Part shown: in pieces, positions 9,421 to 15,425 of the stretch | How the letters are laid out: each line of letters opens with the position of its first letter | Position numbering within the stretch: position 1 is the first letter of the stretch | DNA from: a virus | Taxonomy: Duplodnaviria; Heunggongvirae; Uroviricota; Caudoviricetes | IMG/VR virus record: IMGVR_UViG_2698536647_000007 | Length of the DNA: 15,425 bases | Strand: one strand, 5' to 3' | Program-made: the position numbers and the translations under genes | Notes under the pieces: generated by a model | What the model saw: only the letters and a program-made list of their open reading frames with translations | Told to the model about the DNA's origin: nothing | The model's database searches: none

Positions 9421-9449
9421 TTGACCAATATGTTAGCCATAGCTAATCT
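9421..9449 (+). promoter_or_regulatory. Candidate dicB-operon promoter overlapped by a DicA-type operator
   Basis: TTGACC (9421-9426), 17 nt spacer, TAATCT (9444-9449). The perfect palindrome TTAGCcataGCTAA (9433-9446) sits in the spacer and -10; an imperfect copy lies at 9398-9410. Confidence 0.5.
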
Positions 9450-9526
9450 TGTTTACATCAACACACCGCACGGTGTTCTCAGCAAACAGTTCCGCTACCC
9501 CGGCGTTAAGGGGAAATGAGGTCAGC

Positions 9527-9679
9527 ATGGATACTATCGATCTTGGCAACAACGAGTCTCTGGTATACGGCGTGTTTCCAAACCAAGACGGCACGTTCAC
9601 GGCGATGACGTATACCAAAAGCAAAACGTTTAAAACCGAAGCTGGCGCGCGTCGCTGGTTAGCCAGAAATACTGACTGA
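9527..9679 (+). CDS. ydfA: YdfA-like small protein, 50 aa, first gene of the dicB operon
   Basis: The track ORF starts at 9449, but ATG 9527 has GAGGT upstream and gives MDTIDLGNNESLVYGVFPNQDGTFTAMTYTKSKTFKTEAGARRWLARNTD. Stop overlaps the next ATG. Confidence 0.75.
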   Translation: MDTIDLGNNESLVYGVFPNQDGTFTAMTYTKSKTFKTEAGARRWLARNTD

Positions 9680-9690
9680 TGAGGTTGACG

Positions 9691-10065
9691 ATGGAATTTA
9701 AAGATTTACCAATGCCATTCCAGGAAATGGCAGCGAATATAGTTCATTCTCAATTGGCGACTCTTGACCTGAGTACCGTAGAAAAAGAAACCATCGATAA
9801 TATATCCGGTAACGTGCGTCGTGCCTTTATCGGACTATACGAAGAGAAGCAACTCTCTGATAACCAGGATTTACATAAAAAAGACTTCCTGGAATTAATG
9901 GACATCATTGATAAGGGATTTGGCTTGTTAATGAAACAGAAAGGGATTCGAATGAACCCCCTTGAAAATTACTTCGCAACAAGAAGCATTAATTCCTGTG
10001 ATTTAAAGCATCCCGCCACAGACGGGAGTGTTATAGTTAGCCATGAGATTTCGATTAATCATTAA
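9691..10065 (+). CDS. YdfB/YdfC-like protein, single 124-aa frame
   Basis: Track ORF 9679..10065; the second ATG at 9691 has GAGG 6 nt upstream (MEFKDLPMPFQEMAANIVHSQLATLDLS...). I recall two short ORFs (ydfB, ydfC) annotated here in K-12; in this window the frame is continuous. Confidence 0.55.
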   Translation: MEFKDLPMPFQEMAANIVHSQLATLDLSTVEKETIDNISGNVRRAFIGLYEEKQLSDNQDLHKKDFLELMDIIDKGFGLLMKQKGIRMNPLENYFATRSINSCDLKHPATDGSVIVSHEISINH

Positions 10066-10276
10066 AATCAATAGCTATTTCAATAAGTGATGCCATCTCG
10101 TTGCATTTTGTTGAATTCATCTTACGTAATGAGTCACAAATATCTGATGGTTGTGATGCTGCTGGCAACTTAGCCGCAAGTAGCATAATTGCCGTTTTTA
10201 TAGCAGTGAGTTCATCCGCAAGTCCAGCAGGAGAAACATCATGGTTCAACTGGATATTTACATTTTTACTAGTCAT
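10055..10276 (-). CDS. Candidate small protein, 73 aa, antisense to the dicB operon, with a strong Shine-Dalgarno sequence
   Basis: ORF track 10055..10276(-). Minus strand reads caGGAGGgggaaATG, a GGAGG 5 nt from the start. Convergently overlaps the end of the YdfB/C-like ORF by 11 nt. No recognisable family. Confidence 0.4.
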   Translation of the reverse strand: MTSKNVNIQLNHDVSPAGLADELTAIKTAIMLLAAKLPAASQPSDICDSLRKMNSTKCNEMASLIEIAIDFND

Positions 10277-10612
10277 TTCCCCCTCCTGATGGGTTGGTAA
10301 TTAAGGAGTTCTCCACGGGTTAGGTGGAGTGCGTGCGCCGGACACGGGTGAGCATCCGGCAGCACCAGTTTACCACTGGTTAATTTTCCCTGAAAAGTCA
10401 GGGCATAACGCGAAAGCGCACGGCGAGGCTGTTAGTTCATAAATGGTCTGTCGTTAAATTTTCGTCGACCGTGCGCTTCCGGTTGTGGCAATCCGCGAAA
10501 TAGCGCGGCGGTAAGTATGGCGGGGTTATCCCTTCCCCGTTGAGGACACCGGGTTGTCAGGTTGACCATACGCTTAAGTGACAACCCCGCTGCAACGCCC
10601 TCTGTTATCAAT

Positions 10613-10670
10613 TTTCTGGTGACGTTTGGCGGTATCAGTTTTACTTCGTGACTGCTCTGCCGCCCTTTTT
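10613..10670 (+). ncRNA. dicF: DicF small RNA (antisense regulator of ftsZ and other mRNAs)
   Basis: TTTCTGGTGACGTTTGGCGGTATCAGTTTTACTTCGTGACTGCTCTGCCGCCCTTTTT matches the DicF sequence as I remember it, with a GGCGG...CCGCC stem and U-tail at the 3' end. It lies between the ydfB/C region and dicB. Exact 5' end is approximate. Confidence 0.8.
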
Positions 10671-10839
10671 AAAGTGAATTTTGTGATGCGGTGAATGCGG
10701 CTAAGCGCACGCGGAACAGTTAAAACCAAAAACAGTGTTATGGGTGGATTCTCTGCATCCGGCGTTAATTGTTAACTGGTTAACGTCACCTGGAGGCACC
10801 AGGCACCGCATCACAAAATTCATTGTTGAGGACGCGATA

Positions 10840-11028
10840 ATGGAAACGTTATTACCAAACGTCAATACGTCTGAAGGTTGTTTTGAAATTGGTGTCAGAA
10901 TCAGTAACCCTGCATTTACTGAAGATGCCATTAATAAGAGAAAACACGAACGGGAGTTATTAAATAAAATATGCATTCTTTCAATGCTGGCCCGTTTACG
11001 CCTGATGCAAAAAGGACGCTGGCAATGA
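10840..11028 (+). CDS. dicB: DicB cell-division inhibitor, 62 aa
   Basis: The track ORF (10735..11028) is longer, but ATG 10840 preceded by GAGGA gives METLLPNVNTSEGCFEIGVRISNPAFTEDAINKRKHERELLNKICILSMLARLRLMQKGRWQ, recognised as DicB. Confidence 0.9.
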   Translation: METLLPNVNTSEGCFEIGVRISNPAFTEDAINKRKHERELLNKICILSMLARLRLMQKGRWQ

Positions 11029-11228
11029 ATACAGCATTTGCACTCGTTCTGACAGTTTTTCTTAATACAGGCGAACCAGTCGATCTTGTTATTGGCATAC
11101 ATGACTCAATGAAAGAATGCATGGCTGCCGCAGCGGAACAAAAAATTCCCGGTAACTGCTATCCGGTCGATAAAGTTATTCACATGGACAATAACGAAAT
11201 CCCGGCAGGACTTAAAACAGCACCGTAA
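11025..11228 (+). CDS. ydfD: YdfD-like small membrane protein, 67 aa
   Basis: ATG overlaps the dicB stop (ATGA). MNTAFALVLTVFLNTGEPVDLVIGIHDSMKECMAAAAEQKIPGNCYPVDKVIHMDNNEIPAGLKTAP has a hydrophobic N-terminus. YdfD has been reported as a lysis-inducing protein. Confidence 0.75.
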   Translation: MNTAFALVLTVFLNTGEPVDLVIGIHDSMKECMAAAAEQKIPGNCYPVDKVIHMDNNEIPAGLKTAP

Positions 11229-11308
11229 TTAATATCCGGTTTCATTTTTATATGCCAGCAATGGCAGGGATTTGTTCACCCTTAAATCTGTAATGAGGTT
11301 AAAACAAA

Positions 11309-13789
11309 ATGAGTAAAGTCTTTATTTGCGCCGCCATTCCGGACGAACAGGCAATAAAGGAAGAAGGTGCAGTCGCTGTAGCCACTGCCATTGAAGCCGG
11401 CGACGAACGCCGCGCCCGTGCCAAATTTACCTGGCAATTCCTGGAGCAATATCCGGCTGCTCAGGACTGCGCTTATAAATTTCTTGTCTGCGAGGATAAA
11501 CCCGGCATGCCCCGCCCTGCCATCGACTCCTGGGATACCGAATATATGCTGGAAAACCGCTGGGATGAGGAAGGCGCTTCCTTTGTTCCGGTCGAACCAG
11601 AATCCGATCCGATGAACGTCAATTTTGACAAGCTGTCCCTTGAAGTACAGAACGCGGTCCTGGTTAAGTTCGGTACATGTGAAAACATCACCGTTGATAT
11701 GGTGATTAGTGCACAGGAATTGTTGCAGGAGGACATGGCAACATTCGACGGGCATATCGTTGAGGCACTGATGAAAATGCCTGAAGTTAACGTCATGTAT
11801 TCAGAACTAAAGCTGTTCGCCATCGGGTGGGTTAAACATAAATGTAAGCCGGGCGCAAAATGGCCTGAGATCCAGACAGAATTACGCACCTGGAAAAAAC
11901 GTCGCGAAGACGAACGCAAAGAAACCGGGAAATACACGTCTGTTGTTGATCTTGCCCGCGCCAGAGTCAACCGGCAGCACACTGAAAACTCAGCAGGAAA
12001 AATCAACCCCGCCACTACCGCCATTCGTCGCGAATACAAGCAGACATGGAAAACGCTGGATGAAGAACTGGCCTACGCTCTGTGGCCTGGCGATATTAAT
12101 GCCGGAAACATTGACGGCAGCATCCATCGCTGGGCAAAAAATGAAGTTATCGACAAAGATCGCGAAGACTGGAAGCGCATTTCCGCATCAATGCGCAAAC
12201 AACCCGATGCCGTTCGCTACGACCGTCAGACTATTTTTGGCCTTGTCCGTGAGCGTCCGATCGACATTCACAAAGATCCCGTGGCACTGAACAAATACAT
12301 CACTGAATACCTGGCGACAAAGGGCGTGTTTGAGGATGAAGAAACAGACCAGAACACTACTGATATTCTCCAGCCGTCAGCAGCACAAACTGATGCAGTG
12401 GAAACTGAAGTATCTGATACCCAAAAAAATGAAAGCACGCTGGAAACTGAACCATCTGTAGAGCGTGAGGGGCCGTTCTACTTCCTTTTCACCGATAAGG
12501 ATGGCGAAAAATATGGTCGTGCAAACAAACTTTCTGGTCTGAATAAGGCGCTGGCTGCAGGGGCTACTGAAATCACGAAAGAAGAATATCTTGCCCGCAA
12601 AAACGGCACATACTCAGGTTCACAACAAAATACTGGTGCATCTGACACGACCGCACAACCGGAGCCGGTAAAAGTTACCGCTGACGAAGTAAACAAAATT
12701 ATGCAGGCAGCCAATATCAGCCAGCCTGACGCCGATAAGTTGCTTGCTGCCTCTCGCGGAGAATTTGTTGCAGGGATTAGCGACCCGAATGATCCGAAAT
12801 GGGTGAAGGGGATTGAAACCCGCGATTCTGTAAACCAGAACCAGCAAGAATCGGAACAGAACGACCAAAAAGCGGAACAAAACAGCCCAAATGCGTTACA
12901 AAACGAGCCAGAAACGAAACAACCTGAGCCAGTAGCGCAACAGGAAGCGGAAAAAGTCTGCACCGCCTGCGGTCAGACCGGCGACGGCAACTGCCCTGAT
13001 TGTGGCGCGGTGATGGGCGACGCAACATACCAGGAAACATTCGATGAAGAGAATCAGGTTGAAGTTCAGGAAAATGATCCGAAGGAAATGGAAGGCGCTG
13101 AACATCCACACAAGGAGAATGCTGGCAGCGCTCAGGACCACGCCAGCGATAATGAAACTGGCGAGACGGCAGATCCCTTAATTGTGGTGAACGGTCATCA
13201 CGTTATCACATCCACCAGCAGAGTATGGTACCACCTGATGATCGACCTTGAAACAATGGGAACCAACACCAATGCGCCCATCGTGGTTATTGGTGCGGTT
13301 TTCTTCGACCCACAAACAGGGGAAATCGGGCCAGTATTTTATATCGTTATCAGTCTGACTGACGCAATGAATACAGGGGCTGTTCCTGACGGTGGAACCA
13401 TCGAATGGTGGCTGAAGCAGTCCAGTGAAGCCAGAGCTGCCATTTTAACAGACCAGGTAAAACTGAAGGATGCCCTTTCGCGGTTTCGGGAGTTCATCAA
13501 CGAATACTCAGATGAAAAATTCGTTCAGGTATGGGGTAATGGTGCAACTTTCGATAACGCAATTTTGCGCACCTCATACGAACGTCTGGACATCCCCTGC
13601 CCGTGGCGCTACTACAACGATCGCGATGTACGCACAATCGTTGAGCTGGGAAAAACAATCGACTTTGATGCCAGAACCGTTATTCCATTCGAAGGCGTGC
13701 GCCACAATGCACTGGATGACGCCCGTCACCAGGCAAAATACGTTACAGCTACGATACAAAAACTGATCCCGAGTCAGGCTGATTTTTAA
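11309..13789 (+). CDS. Large multidomain protein, 826 aa: N-terminal region of unknown function, acidic linker, C-x2-C-x7-C-x2-C zinc ribbon, C-terminal DEDDh-type 3'-5' exonuclease domain
   Basis: ORF track 11309..13789(+), GAGG 10 nt upstream. C-terminal motifs: MIDLETMG (D-x-E), [12 protein letters not shown] (Asp), HNALDDARH (H-x4-D). Zinc ribbon [16 protein letters not shown]. Occupies the K-12 ydfE slot, which I recall as a short IS2-truncated remnant. Confidence 0.85.
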   Translation: MSKVFICAAIPDEQAIKEEGAVAVATAIEAGDERRARAKFTWQFLEQYPAAQDCAYKFLVCEDKPGMPRPAIDSWDTEYMLENRWDEEGASFVPVEPESDPMNVNFDKLSLEVQNAVLVKFGTCENITVDMVISAQELLQEDMATFDGHIVEALMKMPEVNVMYSELKLFAIGWVKHKCKPGAKWPEIQTELRTWKKRREDERKETGKYTSVVDLARARVNRQHTENSAGKINPATTAIRREYKQTWKTLDEELAYALWPGDINAGNIDGSIHRWAKNEVIDKDREDWKRISASMRKQPDAVRYDRQTIFGLVRERPIDIHKDPVALNKYITEYLATKGVFEDEETDQNTTDILQPSAAQTDAVETEVSDTQKNESTLETEPSVEREGPFYFLFTDKDGEKYGRANKLSGLNKALAAGATEITKEEYLARKNGTYSGSQQNTGASDTTAQPEPVKVTADEVNKIMQAANISQPDADKLLAASRGEFVAGISDPNDPKWVKGIETRDSVNQNQQESEQNDQKAEQNSPNALQNEPETKQPEPVAQQEAEKVCTACGQTGDGNCPDCGAVMGDATYQETFDEENQVEVQENDPKEMEGAEHPHKENAGSAQDHASDNETGETADPLIVVNGHHVITSTSRVWYHLMIDLETMGTNTNAPIVVIGAVFFDPQTGEIGPVFYIVISLTDAMNTGAVPDGGTIEWWLKQSSEARAAILTDQVKLKDALSRFREFINEYSDEKFVQVWGNGATFDNAILRTSYERLDIPCPWRYYNDRDVRTIVELGKTIDFDARTVIPFEGVRHNALDDARHQAKYVTATIQKLIPSQADF

Positions 13790-13858
13790 TGTTCAACCAT
13801 CGCCGGTTGTGACTGGTATTCTGCAACCGGCGCTCATCTGAAGTAAGAGATAAAAGCG

Positions 13859-14110
13859 ATGAGCGAAGTAATCATGATTGTCTCTCCCGGTAAATGGGTA
13901 TCCGAAGAACAGCTAATTGCGCTGAAAGGAATAAAAAAGGGAACGCTAAAAAAAGCCAGGGAAAAATCGTTTATGGAAGGAAGGGAATATAAGCATGTAG
14001 CCCATGACGGTATGCCATGGGATAACAGCCCATGCTTTTACAACCTGGAAGAAATTGATCGCTGGATTGAACGTCAGGCATCAGCAAGACCAAGACGTCA
14101 TCTTACTTGA
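13859..14110 (+). CDS. Excisionase-like small protein (putative recombination directionality factor), 83 aa
   Basis: ORF track 13859..14110(+). Small basic protein immediately upstream of the integrase gene. Assignment is positional; no strong motif recognised. Confidence 0.5.
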   Translation: MSEVIMIVSPGKWVSEEQLIALKGIKKGTLKKAREKSFMEGREYKHVAHDGMPWDNSPCFYNLEEIDRWIERQASARPRRHLT

Positions 14111-14144
14111 CTAAAAACAATACTAACCAATGAGAGAAGCTAAA

Positions 14145-15425
14145 ATGAAATATCCGACAGGCGTGGAAAACCATGGAGGGAAATTACGTATCTGGTTTGT
14201 TTATAAAGGTGTAAGAGTCAGGGAAAATCTGGGGGTTCCTGACACGACAAAAAACAGGCGCATTGCAGGTGAGCTGCGCGCCTCTGTTTGTTATGCAATA
14301 AAAACCGGCGTTTTCGACTATGCAAAACAGTTTCCCTCCTCACACAATCTGGAAAAATTTGGTGAGGCCCGACAAGATTTAACCATAAAGGAACTGGCTG
14401 AAAAATTTCTGGCACTGAAAGAAACGGAAGTCGCAAAAACGTCACTCAACACGTACCGTGCCGTCATCAAAAATATTCTGAGCATAATCGGTGAAAAAAA
14501 TCTTGCCTCGTCGATTAATAAAGAAAAATTGCTGGCGGTACGTAAAGAGTTACTTACTGGATACCAGATCCCCAAAAGTAATTATATTGTTACGCAACCG
14601 GGGAGATCGGCTGTCACCGTAAATAATTACATGACAAATCTTTACGCCGTGTTCCAGTTTGGTGTTGATAACGGTTACCTGGCAGATAATCCGTTTAAGG
14701 GGATCTCGCCATTAAAGGAATCAAGAACCATTCCTGATCCTCTTTCACGGGAGGAATTTATCCGTCTTATCGACGCCTGCAGAAATCAGCAGGCCAAAAA
14801 TTTATGGTGTGTTTCTGTTTATACAGGCATTCGCCCTGGTGAACTGTGTGCGCTTGGGTGGGAGGACATAGATCTGAAAAATGGAACAATGATGATCAGG
14901 AGAAATTTAGCAAAAGATCGTTTTACGGTACCGAAAACACAGGCTGGTACCAATCGGGTAATTCACCTTATCAAGCCTGCAATCGACGCTCTCAGGAGTC
15001 AGATGACACTAACGAGGCTGAGCAAAGAACATATTATTGACGTTCACCTCAGAGAGTTCGGCAGAACAGAAAAACAAAAATGCACCTTTGTTTTTCAACC
15101 TGAAGTGTCAGCGAGAGTAAAAAATTATGGTGACCATTTTACCGTTGACTCAATAAGGCAGATGTGGGACGCAGCGATAAAGCGCGCTGGCCTCCGCCAC
15201 CGCAAATCATATCAGTCGAGACATACTTATGCCTGCTGGTCGCTGACAGCCGGTGCCAACCCGGCATTCATAGCAAACCAGATGGGACATGCAGATGCGC
15301 AAATGGTGTTTCAGGTATACGGGAAATGGATGTCTGAAAACAATAATGCACAGGTAGCTTTGTTAAATACACAGTTAAGCGAGTTTGCCCCAACCATGCC
15401 CCATAACGAAGCAATGAAAAATTAA
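14145..15425 (+). CDS. intQ: Tyrosine-type phage integrase, complete, 426 aa from the second ATG
   Basis: Track ORF 14130..15425; ATG 14145 has a better upstream purine tract. The C-terminus has the tyrosine-recombinase signature (RHTYACWSLTAGANPAFIANQMGHADAQMVFQVYGKW: the catalytic His/Arg region and Tyr). Stop codon is the last 3 nt of the window. Symbol is by synteny with Qin. Confidence 0.85.
   Translation: MKYPTGVENHGGKLRIWFVYKGVRVRENLGVPDTTKNRRIAGELRASVCYAIKTGVFDYAKQFPSSHNLEKFGEARQDLTIKELAEKFLALKETEVAKTSLNTYRAVIKNILSIIGEKNLASSINKEKLLAVRKELLTGYQIPKSNYIVTQPGRSAVTVNNYMTNLYAVFQFGVDNGYLADNPFKGISPLKESRTIPDPLSREEFIRLIDACRNQQAKNLWCVSVYTGIRPGELCALGWEDIDLKNGTMMIRRNLAKDRFTVPKTQAGTNRVIHLIKPAIDALRSQMTLTRLSKEHIIDVHLREFGRTEKQKCTFVFQPEVSARVKNYGDHFTVDSIRQMWDAAIKRAGLRHRKSYQSRHTYACWSLTAGANPAFIANQMGHADAQMVFQVYGKWMSENNNAQVALLNTQLSEFAPTMPHNEAMKN

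Noticed and set aside
11282-13141. Several minus-strand ORFs of 61-188 aa inside the 826-aa gene (11282..11755, 11473..12039, 12478..12963, 12777..13109 and others)
   Set aside because: All are antisense shadows of one long, motif-supported plus-strand gene; their translations are Ser/Arg/Cys-rich with no recognisable features.

Overview
This 15.4-kb window reads as a contiguous stretch of a defective lambdoid prophage of the E. coli Qin type. I identified it by recognising protein and RNA sequences from memory (DicA, DicC, DicB, DicF, QuuQ, EssQ, RrrQ, CspB/CspF/CspI, GnsB, Tfa, IS3 OrfA); no database search was possible, so paralog-level names are the least certain part. Layout, left to right: partial IS3 (1-296); tail remnant on the minus strand (tail-fibre assembly gene and an N-terminally truncated tail-fibre tip); gnsB, a small ORF and cspI; a lysis cassette on the minus strand (pinholin, DUF1327-like gene, SAR endolysin, nested Rz/Rz1 spanins); a zinc-ribbon ORF, cspB and cspF; a candidate late promoter and terminator below the Q antiterminator gene; two overlapping ORFs with an HNH-like motif; the dicC/dicA immunity switch with three perfect 14-bp operator palindromes; the dicB operon (ydfA, a YdfB/C-like ORF, DicF sRNA, dicB, ydfD); an intact 826-aa gene with a DEDDh 3'-5' exonuclease domain; an excisionase-like gene; and a complete tyrosine integrase ending at the window edge. 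There are no lambda O/P-type replication genes, rRNA, tRNA or CRISPR arrays. The most interesting points are the intact multidomain exonuclease gene, a GC-rich hairpin-dense leader and an 18-bp perfect inverted repeat around DicF, an antisense small ORF with a strong ribosome-binding site, a 29-aa hydrophobic small ORF, and a probable frameshift upstream of the Q gene.
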